Source: Bilabrum cf. latius | Lineage: Eukaryota | Reading direction: 5' to 3' | Length of the DNA stretch: 64,000 nucleotides | NCBI GenBank assembly: GCA_965178125.1 | Contig: OZ237744.1 | Coordinates: forward strand, 496,001 to 560,000 | In this document: positions 1 through 13,100 of the stretch, piece by piece | Layout of the letters: every line of letters begins with the position of its first letter | Numbering within the stretch: the first letter of the stretch is position 1 | The notes under the pieces: model-generated | Seen by the model: the letters and a program-made list of their open reading frames with translations, nothing else | What the model was told of the DNA's origin: nothing | The model's database searches: none | Made by a program: the position numbers and the translations under genes

Positions 1-1077
1 ACGGAAGCTCCTCTGCCAAAGTAGCCCCTGCATTGCCTCGAACAGCGCGAGCTCGGTGCCGTTGAACGGAACCCACTGCCGTGAGAGCAGGATGAGGGGA
101 TCATTTTGAGTTGGACCGGTTCCTTGAAGACGGAGGGCACCGCCAGCAGCATGCGCACCGCTGCCAGATGCACGCGCCGCAGTCCCAAGATACCCGGTCG
201 TGTTGTAGTGCGTCGCACCAAGCAGCACGGGCTGCCCGAATACAGAATCTGAGACATTTGGATACGTGTGCTGCGCTGCCTAGTAGACGGCATCCATGTG
301 CCGGATCAGTGCTCCGCTCGAAACCTCTACGAAGAGCTCAACTTGCCGACTCCGCGCGGCAGGGGTAGGCATCTACACTACGGTAGCATCGACGAATATC
401 CCGATCGATGGCTCGTTACCAGGGGTTGGTACGAAGGTTACGTTGGCATCAAGCAGCATGGTTTTGTTAGTGTCCATCCAGCCGGTGATGCTGATTGTAG
501 AGAACGCGTACCCAAACCGCATACTACGGTTGAATGAGTCGTCTTGCGGACTGGATTGAAGACCTGCCTCGCACCAGGTGCTTCCACTGCGGGTGATTTC
601 TGCAAACTCCCCGCACATGCCTGCGTGCAAATCGGAATCAGCAGTTGCACTTTGCCAGCTCAAGGTCACCTGTCCGAAACCTTGCTGCTCGTGGGCAAAC
701 TTGCCGATCCTGTCGATGCTGCTGATTAGATGCGGTCCACCCTCGTCAGAACGGACTTCCATACCACCGAACTAGTTCGCAACAAGGACCAGGCGCTCGT
801 TCGCTACCTGGAACCACTGCTCGTTCGGAAGCTTGACTAGTTCGTTGATACTCGACAACGAAGCTTTTCTTCGAGGTACGATAGACGTGGGCCCGAGCTG
901 CACACCATGATGCGAATAAATAGGAGCATATGAGTCATCATCAAGGGCCCAATCACCGAAGGATCCGCCACCAAACGAGTAGTTCGAATCTTGGGCAACC
1001 GCGAATGCACGGACAGATCCTGACACAGCAGCAAATACCACAAAGACGGTTGAAATTGTGCAATACTGATAAATCAT
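1..1077 (-). CDS. Secreted protein, 5' part only (runs off the window start); possibly glycoside hydrolase/phosphorylase-like
   Basis: ATG at 1077, then a hydrophobic signal-like segment (STVFVVFAAVSGSVRAFA). The frame stays open to base 1 when TAGs at 772, 373 and ~280 are read through, with no TAA/TGA. The family guess rests only on recalled resemblance of FGGGSFGDW and QVANERLVLVANQFGGMEVRSDEGGP to bacterial GH94/GH36-type N-termini and is weak. Confidence 0.7.
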
Positions 1078-1176
1078 GTTTTTAATCAGCAGAAGTAGTC
1101 GGCCCAATCAGGAATACTAGGTAGGCTATGCAACGAAGTGCAGTTTTGAGCATAAGACCATGTAATATCATGTAGG

Positions 1177-1184
1177 TATATATA
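1177..1184 (+). promoter_or_regulatory. TATA-like element upstream of the tRNA gene
   Basis: TATATATA about 26-33 nt upstream of the tRNA 5' end, the usual position for TBP-assisted Pol III genes. Confidence 0.4.
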
Positions 1185-1209
1185 CGCATTTATGACCCTT
1201 TCGACAAGC

Positions 1210-1281
1210 TCCGTAATGGTGTAATGGTTAGCATATCTGGCTCTCACTCAGGTAATCCGGGTTCAATTCCCGGTTACGGAA
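1210..1281 (+). tRNA. tRNA-Glu(CTC): tRNA-Glu, anticodon CTC
   Basis: Acceptor stem TCCGTAA/TTACGGA, A-box-like TGGTGTAATGG, anticodon arm TCTGG-CTCTCAC-TCAGG and T arm CCGGG-TTCAATT-CCCGG. No encoded CCA, and a T run follows. Confidence 0.95.
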
Positions 1282-1282
1282 A

Positions 1283-1288
1283 TTTTTT
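1283..1288 (+). terminator. RNA polymerase III oligo-T terminator
   Basis: T6 directly after the tRNA discriminator base. Confidence 0.8.
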
Positions 1289-1595
1289 GTTATCGACTGC
1301 TCGCTGCTACTCGTTAGTTTTTTCTTTCCTTGCGCCGTCCCGCTTCCCCTTATTCCTGTGCATTCACCGCACTCTCTCGCCTCGGGGCTGTGTGCGTGGG
1401 GGCCGCGCTCGCGATGGCCGGGTGTTGCGCGGCGGGTCCGGCGCTGCAGGCGGAGGTATTAGTAGCCTGTGCCGTCGAATTGTAGTACCAACTGCAGAGC
1501 ACATTAGCATGCTTCAAGGATACTTACGTACTGCACTGCCGTCACTGTTTGGTTCAAGCAGCATCATTTATAAATAACATATAGGGAAGCAGCCC

Positions 1596-4500
1596 TCACG
1601 AGTACTCCTCGTCGATCTCGACCCGCACAGGCGACAAGTCCCAGTCCACCACGTCTTCTCCATGCGAGCTACCGTCCGGTCCTTGCTCTGCAGCCGCCGC
1701 AGACACCTCCGGGGGCACTCCGAACTGCCCCACGCTCGCTGCGTGCCTGCTTCGCAAGGAGTCCTCCGGCCCGGCATGGCCGCGGCCCTCCTAAACCTTG
1801 CTGTCGTGCCCTGACTCTCCCCGCGCTCTGCGGCTGTCACCTTCGGCCAATGCTCGGTCTCGGTCGTCGGTCCCCGCAGATGCACCCGCCGCTTCCAGCG
1901 CATTCCACAGCGCCACGTACCTTGCAGCAAGCGATTTCTCTAGCCCTGACAGCGCCAGCACCCCAGATCGGACACGGGCACGACTCCGCGCCAGCTCCAC
2001 AGCTCGTGCGAGCATGCCAGCCGGGTCCGATTCGGGACGAATGGACGAAGACGATCCACCCGAGCTTGCGACAGAGGGCCCCCCGCCTGACCCCCCCGAC
2101 ACCAGCCCGCCGATTGCAGGGGGCACAAGGACGCGCATGTCTGCGGCAGGCAGCCTCCTCGATAGCTCACCCCTCGCGATGCGCAGCGCCACAGCGCAGT
2201 CCGCTGCACCCTCGGGACCCTCCCGCTCGCAGTGCGAGAGCAACGCAGACAGGACCCCCCTCCAGCAGTCGAGCCTCGGCTCGAGCCCGAACGCGATCTC
2301 GAGGGCGGCGGCCGGGCTGCGCAAGCCCCTCGGCCCGCCGAGCAGCAGGAACGCAGCCTCCCACTCTTTGCCCTGTCTGAACAGCGACACAGCCTCGAGC
2401 GCGATCCGTGCCTGCACCGCCCCACGCAAGCCAAGGGCCTCCCGCTTGCTAGAAATAAACGCGAGAAGCGGCCCAGCTGCCGACATGGGCATGCACCAAA
2501 GCAGGGTCTGCAGCAGGTCAGACACGATCAAGACAGCGGGATTAGTCCGCTATTTCGGCGCGCCCTCTCCACTCGTCGGGGTGCTCGAGCGGGCATTCTC
2601 CCCAGCTTTAGCCGCACCAGTTGGCGACCGGCCATCTTCGGCGGGGTTGGGATCGCTGGAGCTTGTGCCGTCTTCTTGCACGGATGCTGCACACTAGGCA
2701 AGGAGGGCGGGGTGGATCCCGTGGTCGGGCAGAGACGTGCGCGCTGCTAGTCGCATGGCCCACGATGACCGAGAGCTGCCGAGGGTGGCGGCTGCCCGAA
2801 TCGCAACGCTCCTCGCGATGTTGTTCTCGGCCGACGGGGGCTCCTCGGGCTCTGGATCCTGTCGTGGCTACCCTGCTGTCGCTGCCTGTGCCCCACCTGG
2901 AGCTGTTCCACCGCCTGCGCCGCTCGCAGACCTCACTGGTAGTCCCGTTCGTCTATTCTGCTATCCTACATCGACATTGCTGGCGCTCTTGTGAGCAAAC
3001 ATTGCGACCAAAGCGGCTGGACCCGCCTCTGCCACAGCTTCCACGATGGCAGTGGCGAGGATGAGAGGGGCTGCGGCATTCCGATGCGGTGCTTCGGGGC
3101 CAGCTGCGTGACCAGTATCTTTGCAGCAGTGGCGAGCCAGGGCGATGAGCAGCACGGCCAGCTGCTGGTCCAGCCGGGCCGCATCGAAGTCCGTGACTGC
3201 TGCTGCCCTACTAGCCCGTTGCTGCGCGACATCGCCAAGCAGTCTAGCAAGAGCGCACGCTGCATGCGCATCCCTCGCTTCGTCCAGCGCCATGGTGAAC
3301 TGGGCAGGCGTCAAAACGCGAGCGCTGGGGTGGACCAGGTTCGCCTCGAAGGCAGACTCGTGAAGATTGGTCGCATGCTCCGCAGAGCTCCCGCTCGGCA
3401 GTTCTTCGAGACTGGGCAGGCCGATGGGGCTGCCGCTGCCTTGACCCGGCCGGAGAAAACCGCCCTTCTCTTCCCTCTCTACATCGCTAGGGCGACGAGA
3501 GCCGTCCGTGTTTGCAGCACCATCGCCCGCTTGCCTCGCTTGCATTGTACGAGGCAGCTGCCCGGATTGACCCGTGTCAGACTCCTCGTGTCTTGCACTG
3601 AACGAATGCTGCCAGTGGTTCGAACCGCCGTCCCCTGCCGCGTCGATCTATGGCTCGGCGGCGTACTCCCCAGTATCTTGGGTGGCGAACCGATCCGATT
3701 CCATGGGAGCCACTGGCGAGCCTAGCACGCCCCGGTGGCGCATCTTCTGCCGCCTCGCCAAGTCGTCCTTGGCCTATCGTTCGAGGCGGCGGCCCGACGC
3801 CATTCGCATCTCGTCCAATAGCTGCTGCTCGAGCTCCCACGGGTAGGGTGGTAGGTAGGGCGGTAGCGGGGCGGAATCGTCTTTGGTCTCTTGCAGCAGC
3901 TCACGCATGGATGGAGTCTCAACCGGAGCTTTCCGGCCCCTGCTGTACCCCCCGAGGTCGTCCTCTTTGCTGTCTTGCTCCAACCTAGTTCTTCTGAATC
4001 GAGACGAAGCTGCGCTACCTGGTGTGGCCCGCGACTTTGCCGCCGATTGAATGCCCCTACGGCGGGGGGTCAGCGCTGCAGGCGTACCCGTGGGTGTCGA
4101 CGCCCCCTATCCGATGCCTCTCGCCGCCGCCGGAGAGCCCAACGTGGCACCGAGCATCTGTTGCTTCGGTGTCGCGCTTGACTCCAGATCCAACGGGTGC
4201 TGCACCAGCATCGAAGGCGCCGCAATTTCAAGGCTGTCTTCGAAGAACGGAAGCTGGTTCCAGTTCAAGCTTGTTTCTCGAACGGGCGAATGTTCGTGAT
4301 TGCGTGAATCGCTGCCGCTATTTGGAATGTCTGCCAGCTCCGTCTCGACGCTATCATCGTCCGAGTCCCCAAACATCTCGTGGACGAAGGCTTCGTGCTG
4401 AACGACATCATCTTCCGTGCCATTGCATGCTCCCGATGCATCGATGGTCCCGTTGGCCATAACCGCAGCCGGATCGCCAAGGCGCTGCGACAAGTCGTCC

Positions 4501-7500
4501 ACGCTATCCCCTGCTTCTGTATCTTCCTTGACCTCTTCAGAGGCCGCGAGGGTCGCTCTGGTTGCATCTAGTCGGACGAAGGCGCCCTCTTGCCGTAAAA
4601 ACTCCCTGGATGCGTCCGCATGCCTGGCGACGGCTCTCTTTATCGTAAGGCTGTCGACCTGTCGGGCCTTGATGGCCCGCACCCACACTTGTCTAGCCTG
4701 CCTGCACACGCGACCAACGCGCCCGTTGTCGTCCCAAGACTCGACTCCCCGAGATAACGGGCCGGTCCTGTCGATCCGAAAGCGCGGCGGACTATGCAAG
4801 CCAACCTTGCCACGTGCGGCCTAAAGACACACCACCAGCCGGGCGCGGTCAGCTGCGATGACACCAAGAGGGGTGTCAATCGCGGGCACGTCCGGGCCAA
4901 ATCCAGCGATGCTCGCTATCTTCTAGATGTGCTGCTGGTGCTGCTTGTCGATGAGGTCAACCAGCCCATCACTAGTAGTGCTGGCCTGCCGCAGCATGGT
5001 CCCGATGACAAGCCACGCGAGGGTGCCCCCCGTGTGGTGCGCGGAGAGAGCCTCCACCACAGGTGGCAATCCGGTCGATCCAGACCTGACGACTCCTTCC
5101 CCGAGGAAATCCCACAGGGATGGTGCGAGCAGCCCAGCAACTGCCATTGCCACCTGCCCATCAGATGTGGAACGAAGGCCAGCGCAAAGCGAGACAGCGT
5201 CATGATATGCCACAGCAGAGCGCGCGTCGGATCCAGTTGCCTCTAGGCGCGAAAGCAAAGCCGCCACCGCGAGCCCAATGAGTCCTGCTGGGCCAAAGTG
5301 CAGCTTACAAGCCGTTCTGGCGATATCGGAACCGAACAGCCCGCTGCTAAAGTCAGAAGCGGCACCGTCACTCCTCTGACGGGCAGGCGAAGCGGCTGGG
5401 GCATCTCTGGCAACGTCATCAATGATAGATGCGTCGCCATCAACCGATCGCGACGCCTCTGGAATCCTATGATTGCCGGAAGGCTCCAGCATCTGTTTCC
5501 ACAGCACAAGAATGGAGCGAATTCCGATTTCAAGCGCTTTCCTGGTCCAACCCCTCAATGATGGGCTGCCAAGTATGACGTGGCACAATGCAAGCGGGTG
5601 TACCCGAAGCGAAATATGCACGATTTGCGCAGCCAGGCTAACCGGTGCGAACCTGCGTGGATCGCCGGTCGGGTTCGCTAGCGAGTTCTTGGACGCTGCC
5701 CCAGATGCAATCGAGGCCACGGTCACCCATTGGACCGCTCTGGCCACATCCGCCTTGGCTTCCTGCGGCGCAGGCCCCAGCCAGCAGTACTCCAGCGACC
5801 GCTGAGCTTCAAACACGCTCCGTGATCCAGCGCCAACGATGCCAGCCAGCAGAACCAGACGCTCCTGGGGAGACATGTTGCTAGCCGCACCAGAAATCAG
5901 TCGGCGCTCGCTGCCCTAGGACTGCAGAGCCATTGGCCTCGACGTCTTGGAGCCCGACGCACTCCTTGGCGAACCGCCTCTGCGCACCTCCGACTGCAGG
6001 GACGGGGTGCCCACCGGAGTCTGGCGCGATGAGCTGCGGCGACTCTATTTCTGCCGGCCGTTCTTGCTATCGCGACTGCTTCCCCTGCTGTCATGCTGCT
6101 TGCTTCCACTAGTGGCGGATCCCTCTTCTACCAGTCGCTGCATCGTGGTGCTGCCTCGCGAGGCTCTCGCTTCGCGTGGCTGCAGGGCAGCAGCCTCCTC
6201 CAGTGCCTCCACGTCCACTTGCGGCCCAGGATCAGGGCGCGTGATCTTACCCACGCACTCGCTTAGGTGCATCCACATGCTCTTTCGCAGCCTACACAGT
6301 CGGTTTACGTACGTCAGCCCGTCAGAGCAAGCCTCCAGAGACGTCATCACGCTTGGATCCCCAGCGGCCGCCTTGCCAGAGTCCACACAATGGCAAAGAT
6401 ACGACACGGCATCAAGCACGCCTCGTCTCGACAGCTGTGACATGGACCTTTCGATGAGGCAAAGCCCCTACACGAGCGCCTGCAGCGCCACCTCATACGG
6501 CACGGTGCCTGCAGTTCGACGGCTCGGACTACGTCGGCTCCGGCCGCCCACTCTGGACTGGCGCCTGCCAGCGTGCCGAAGGAGCGCACTTGCGACGTCC
6601 GAGTCAGATCGCGTAGAAAACGCAAGTAACCTGGACCGAGGCGACGTCTCTTGCTACGTGGTTTCCAGATTGGCAGCTGCTTCAACGGCTGTGTGCGCAT
6701 CTGCAGTCCGGGTGGATTGATCACGAAGAGCACCAGCCGTGGGCTCTCGAGCCGCATTTAGCGATTCCGGTGGTGTATCGCCGATGGCAGCTGCGCGTGT
6801 CCGCCTGGCCCGTTCGAAGTCTCCCTCTTGTAGCGCCTTGAGAACATCCAAGGCATCGTTCATGTCAAGGCCGTCGAGCATGTTTCGGGACTCGGCTAGC
6901 GTCGCGGCATGCCTGCTCAGGACTACATCGCGATCTGCCCTGGGCAGCTTGAGCCTTGCCACGTCCATAGTGGCCAGCAGACGACCCACAGACTCGGAGT
7001 CTTCGCCGCCATGATACAGCATCACGCCACCAAGGGTGTTGGAAGGCGTGCTAAAGTTCGGTGCCATCGATGAGGAAGCTGGTGACGACTCACTGGAATC
7101 GTTTCCGCCGTGTGTTGGTGAAGCCGCCCGCAGCGCGCTCTACGCCTGGTCCAAACTGGATCTAGCTGCATCAAGTAGCGACAGATCGGCCGCAGCCTCG
7201 CCAAAATGTCGCTCATCCGCAGCCCCACTCCCAACGAGAGCGAGAGGGGCGATCCGCGTGACTGATGTGCGGACACCCGAGGCAACCCTGTGCACTGCAA
7301 GCAGGCATGGCCTGCTCTTGAAGTGCGTGCCAGCCGCAAGGCAAGAAGAGGGCAACGAGTACACTTCCAGCGTTCCCAGCGGAGAGAGCGAGTAGGCCGT
7401 CATGCCGCACACGGCAGAATGGATGGAACCGAACTACCACTGCATCGAGTAGGCAGAGCTGGGCGCCTGCAGCGACGCCATTCGCATGTCCACGGCTGCG

Positions 7501-9773
7501 CGTTGATCCTTTATGCGTCGCAATGCGGTCAATGTGGCAGTGTCCGGGCTTTGACTAGACTGCTTTCCCTCCTGCGCAGCCGTCGGGTGCTTGTTGGCAG
7601 CTAGCGGAAAGAGTGCAGTGCGCGGATCCGCAAAGTGGACCTTGTTGCGGAGATTGTATACCCTGGCACTTGCCTGCATCGATGACCAGGGCAGACTCAA
7701 TCCGGGGATTCCTAGCAGTCTGGCTGCTTGGACTAGGGGCAGAATCTCAACGACGGAGGGGGCAGTGCTGCGAGCTGCCCTATCTCTGGCATACTCCACC
7801 TCTGCCACAGCACGGGTATACAGCGCACGCGCCTCGTCGCTGCCACCGTGACTAGAACCTCGTACACTGGGGAGCTTGCCCGCTCGCAATAGCTCCAATG
7901 GCGTCGGCAGCTCTGACCCGCATGTTGTCAGCGTTCGGCCGACGGTACCCTCAGGTGAGAGAAAGAACCTGTCGTTGTGGCTGCTCCGCAGCTGGGAGTT
8001 GGCACGGGATGCTGGCGCGGTAGCAGGCACAGGACTAGGGGGCATGTTCGCGCTTCTCTGTGAGATGGGCTTCCTCCATGCCCTCATCCACCTCCGCACA
8101 CGAGCCTGCCACTACCTAGCAGCGACCCTACCATCCAGGGCAAGGAAGGTGCAGCTATCCATTGTGGCGGGCCGCAGTGGTGACCCAGCCATACCGGGCT
8201 GACCACTCTTTTCATCGATGGAGAGGTTAGAATTCCTGCTATGCGCTCTCGCTGGATCCCTGGCTGGCCCCACGTTCGGACTAGCGGGTGGAAACCCAGC
8301 ACTGCTCGCACGAGCCACCCTGAATTGCTCCGACTAGGTACGCCGCTCGTCTTCTTCCGCTTCCTTGGTCTCTCCTTTGACAAGCTCAGCCTGTTCGCCT
8401 CGAAAACTGTACACGTGCAAGCCGTGCGAAGTTCCAATCACGAGTCGGAGCGGACACGAGTCGTACACGGTGTCGTTTAGCACCTCCTGCCGGACAGCCG
8501 GATCTCGCGCCCCCGAGGCGGCAGGTCCAAGAACCGGGGTGTCCTGTGAGTTTCCATCGCCATCTATCATACCAATTGCCCCTTGACGGGCCTGTTGCCT
8601 AACTTGGCGATAGTCTGCTGCTCCAAGCTCACCAGCGCCTGCCCCCGATAGTCCGGAGGCGGGTCCATCGAGCTTGCAGCTCCGTATCGGTTCATCCGGC
8701 CGGGTTACCTTACGGAACATGCACCACAAACGGCCATCCATCGGGTTTGACAGCCGGCTGCCAGCCGCTGGTATGAGCTGGCAGCCGGCCGCCTCCACAG
8801 CTCCAAAGAGCTCGACGGCACGCTGCCCTGCAGCTATTTCAGATACGGCCGCGCCGGGCTCCGCCCTAGCCACTGCGTCCAGAATGACTGTTGATCGACC
8901 TAACGACTATACCGGCATACCATCGGGTGAGAAGAGCGCTGTTCGGGTGGCACGCGTGACAAAGTGCTCTTCCGATTGCTGCTGCTCGTTGCCAGCAGCA
9001 CCACTTGGGGGTAACCAGCCAGCCACATGCTGCTGTTCCAACGCATCCGAAGCCAGTTCCCGCTGCGATAGACCCAGGCCTGCCTAATCAATGGCACTAT
9101 CTAGGTCCGCAAGTGCGCCGGGTCGCTCAGGCTCTGCCATGTGCCGTTGGGGCTCCTGCCGCGCACCGACTCCAGGCACAGGGTGTCCTTGTCCCGGTGA
9201 CTCGCCTGCCGCGCCTGTCCACGATCGCCCAGGGCCGCCGGGCCCCTTAGAGGAGTACTTTGACACTGGCCACAGCTTCACTCGCAGCAGTACGCACTCT
9301 CTTTCGGAGCTGATCGCAAGGTGCGATGCATACAAACTCAGCAGGGTGATTGGGCCTTGAAACGTCGACAAGTACAAAGTGGCCAGCAGCTCAATGGGAC
9401 CTCGTTCGCACGAGAACATGAGAAGGGCATTACCATCAAAAACGCACAGCCTGCCGGTTACTGGACAAGCGGTAATTGCGGGAAGCTCGCGGCAGGACGG
9501 TAGCGGCAGCTCGTACTGCAACAAGTGAGGCCTGTCGACATCTTCCGAACTCGACCCCACACCCAGGTGCGAAGCCCAATTGTGGAACACAACTAAACAA
9601 TACGTTTCATCCGCCCTCATCTCCAGTACTCCGAGCGCACCCAGTGCTGGAATTGCCAAGATCGTCTTTGCGAATCCCTTGGTTGGGATGCTGCCAACAG
9701 ATCCCCCTTCTGGAGTACAAATCCGAATCAGTGTGTCTGCAATATGAATAAGCTTGAAATTTGTACGAGACAT
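1596..9773 (-). CDS. HPS3: Very large (~2,725 aa) protein with an HPS3-like (BLOC-2 subunit) N-terminal domain; possible extra 5' exon at ~9873-10061
   Basis: Thirteen track ORFs from 9084-9773 down to 1791-2531 share one frame and are separated only by ~20 TAGs. The first TGA is at 1596-1598. The N-terminal segments LVVFHNW, ELPL...ITACPVTGRLCVFDGNALLMFS and HLAISSERECVLLRV resemble human HPS3 (LRAYVNW, EMPL...[36 protein letters not shown]) as recalled. The ORF is solid; the name is moderately supported. Confidence 0.65.
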
Positions 9774-10133
9774 TCATCAGCAGTCGATACACAAGCTCTT
9801 TTGCAAACCAAGTGGCCCTCACCAGCGTTGGTACTGTAGGCCAGCATTGGCGCAGCAGCAGTCATAGTAACATCAGCAGCGCACGAGATGACCCCACTGG
9901 TCTACAGCGCCGTTGATCCAGAGAATACCTTCACAGGGCATACTGCCGCTTGTTGCATCGGCCTGACTTGCCGAGTACCTTTCGTGTCGAGAGCCGAGAG
10001 CTGCCTCTGTAGGTTCGCTGGTGTTTTCGAACGTTCGTTCGTTGAGGCAAGATAGCGCCATGGATGTTTGCTCTCAGTGTTGTATTATTGTGATATTCAA
10101 CGGGTCCTTTTGCCATACACACTAGTCGATCGT

Positions 10134-13100
10134 TCAGTCTGCGTCAGCTGCGAGGCTCTGCGGAGCGCAAATGGGTGGCACCGGGACAGCGAGCCACAGC
10201 AGCAGGACGCCAGCGAAGGCGGACATACCCAGAGTGGCAAGCTCCGGCCCCCATCCGAACGAAACGAACAAAACAACCGCAATTAGAAGGGAGAGCACAG
10301 TCCCGTACAGAGCCTCATCCCCGAGGTGAAGAAGCCGCACGAATAGCCCGTCGTTCGGCAACGCCGGACGCACAAACCCATCGTACCACGGCTCGAACAG
10401 CCCATCCTGCCGCATCGAGTTGCCGGCCCACCTGAGCTTCCTACCATCTCTAAGGATATCTTCCCAGTTTAAACCCTCGTCCCCTGGCAAGGTAGCAGTC
10501 TTGGACGGATCTTCGAGAAGCCTGTCCACGTCTCTTTTCTGGGGGTGTTCCACATCCTCATCCCTTCTGGCGTCCAGGGCCTGCTGGTGGAGGATGAACG
10601 AAGCAACCATCGCCCTTTTGTACGAGTCCTTGTGGTCTGGGAGCGAGCGGCCGGTGGCAAATCGAGTGGCTGACTCGGTGACGATGGCCAGCCTCAGCAC
10701 CGTGCCGTGCCACCATTCGGGGAGGTCACTCAGCGCCTCACCGTGGGCCAGATGAAGGGAGTGAACGCTGCACTGTGCATTCCTGTGGGTCATGATGCTC
10801 TGCAAGAGCTGGCTTTGGTTGAGACCCGCGTCATTGCTGGCCCCCCAGTCGCCCTTGGCAAACCCAATCACCTCCTTTTCCAAACCGAACACGTCCGACA
10901 GGCGCAGTGCGGCGTACTGCAGCCTCTCCACCGCAGGCTCGTTGCGCCGGCGACCGAACACAAGCTCGCTCGCCGACAGCAGCCAGCTGCCTCGCATGCA
11001 GCAAAACGGCTGCTCGTCATCGTCAGCCCCGTCACCGTCCTCTGCAGAGCTGCTTCCGCTGCCTGGCGCCATCCGCTCAATGTCACGCTCCATCGCATCG
11101 CCCCCCTTGTTGATGCAGAACACGCAGCAGCAGCACACGTAGCCCGTAAGAACCTGAGTCTTTCGCAACAAGCCGAGTACCGTGGATGATGCCGATGGGA
11201 AGAGGTGGCCCCAAAAATCGACGTACAAGGCCCGCGCGTGCCGTGCGAACAGCTGCAGTGCCGCGCTGACGTCAAGGATATCAATGGTCTTGCAAGAAGC
11301 AAGCTTGAGTATCCTTGCAAGGAGCGATTTCTGAAGACCGTCTTCGTGCCTTGCGATGTCTCTCTTGACCATGTCAAGGCCCTCCAGCACGGTGAGCAGC
11401 ACCTTGCTGGCGCTCTTGCGAAGATCTGACATGGTCTCAAGGAGGCTAGGCTCTCCAACCGACGCGTAGTGCTGCTGCAAGAGCTGCAGCAGGTATGCGA
11501 CGTACGATTCGTCGATGTGGCGAGCTCGAAGGTGGCTCGGTCTGGCGCTCGCCCGAGACCGGGCCACGCGCGCGAGTTCTGCGACATCATCGCGACCCAT
11601 CCGGTCCACGGCAGCGAGGAAACTACGAGCATCTGCTCTCACCTCGCCAGCACGCCGGGGGCTCCTGCTCGGCGATGAGCTATACGAACCACCCTGCTGC
11701 TAGGCAATCCGTTGCGCCAATCCCGCTTTCTTGACAACGATACCCCGATCGTCCAGCTGGGGCGGCCGGCCCAGTTCCTCGATGATATCAGAGCAGGCGT
11801 ACAGAGTGCCCACCACGTTGTCGTCTAGCACGTCCAGCACTCGCTCGAGCTTCTGCAGGTCTGGATTCTCTACATCGAAGGAGATCTACTTTTGCTTGGA
11901 AATGCGCAAGAAGACCTCGCCGAGCACGTGCGTGAAAAAGCTGAAGTGGAACGGCACGGAGCCCTCCCACTCCTTGTACTTGTACGTGTCCCGCTTCGCG
12001 GGACACACGGCGGGGGCAACCTTGGCGATTGCGCCAGACCTGCTGCCAACATCGGCATCGGTCGATGTGGACTTCACATCGGTGCCATCGTAGGCACCAT
12101 AGCTTGCTGGCAGGTACCGGTAGGAACGACCAGAGCGTAAAAAATGCTGCGCGTCGGACAGAGCCGGTACCAGGGTTCCGTACAAGGACCCGTTGGGCAG
12201 GTGGCCATTCTCGAAATAGCCAGACGCTTCGGCATGCCTCACCAGTGCAAAGTCGCCGTAGGACTGCGCGAGGATCGCCGCCCACTGCTCGTCCCTTCCG
12301 TCTAGCAGCTGTTCCACACGCCTCTGCTGTTCCTCGGACAAACCGTCGTACTGAGGCCGGTGCCCGACGGGGCGCTCCTAGGCCAACCGCCTCAAGCTAG
12401 GAAAGGCGTCTGGATCGTTGCGCACCGCGCGCAGCATGTCCATCATCTCGTCTGCCTTGGCTCGCACTGGAATAAACCTGTCCGGTGGTAGCTCGGGGTC
12501 GTGAGACCCCCTCAGAGCAGCCCTCCAAGGCGTGAGCATGCCGATCAATGAGTCCACCATGCGGCTCACGGCGCTGTTGTGGGTGTTGCCCTGCCTCTCA
12601 TCAAGCTTGCTTGCGTGCACTCGGAAGAAGTGAAAGGCCGGGCCCTGCAGCCTGATCAGCAACTCCGGTGCAAGGACCGCCCGCGGCACGCCCAACTCTC
12701 CCAGCTGCCGCTGGCCGACCGCTCCGCCCATCCGGTCAGAGGCCTGTGACGTGGGCTTGCCGGCCGAGCACTCCACCCGGGCGGCGTGCGAAGAACTCCT
12801 CCAGATGGTTTGCCCAACCACAGTTCCATTCGTCTCTACGCCGCCATCCAGGCCATAGCCGCCGTGAAGATTGCCTCCGTAGCCTGCCCTGCAAGCCGCG
12901 TCAAGGGCCCTCTGCTGCGAAGCACCCGTCCTCTCAAAGCACTCGAGCTCCTGCCGGCCAGGCCTCCGCCTCCCTTTGGAGTCGAACGGGTTAGCACTGG
13001 AATACAGGTGCAAGAATAGCATCGCTACGCATTCCATCACGTCTTCGCTTCCCTGCACGTACTCCAGCCGATACGGCACGACCTACTTTCCAACGCTCAC

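Noticed and set aside
1210-1281. tRNA as the amber-decoding tRNA
   Set aside because: The anticodon is CTC with a Glu-type body, not CTA. The tRNA-Gln(CUA) must be encoded elsewhere.
1798-9360. Long plus-strand ORFs (e.g. 1798-2697, 5947-6720) and similar antisense ORFs over gltB, the SCCPDH-like gene and insulysin
   Set aside because: They are shadow frames of GC-rich genes on the opposite strand and carry no recognisable motifs.
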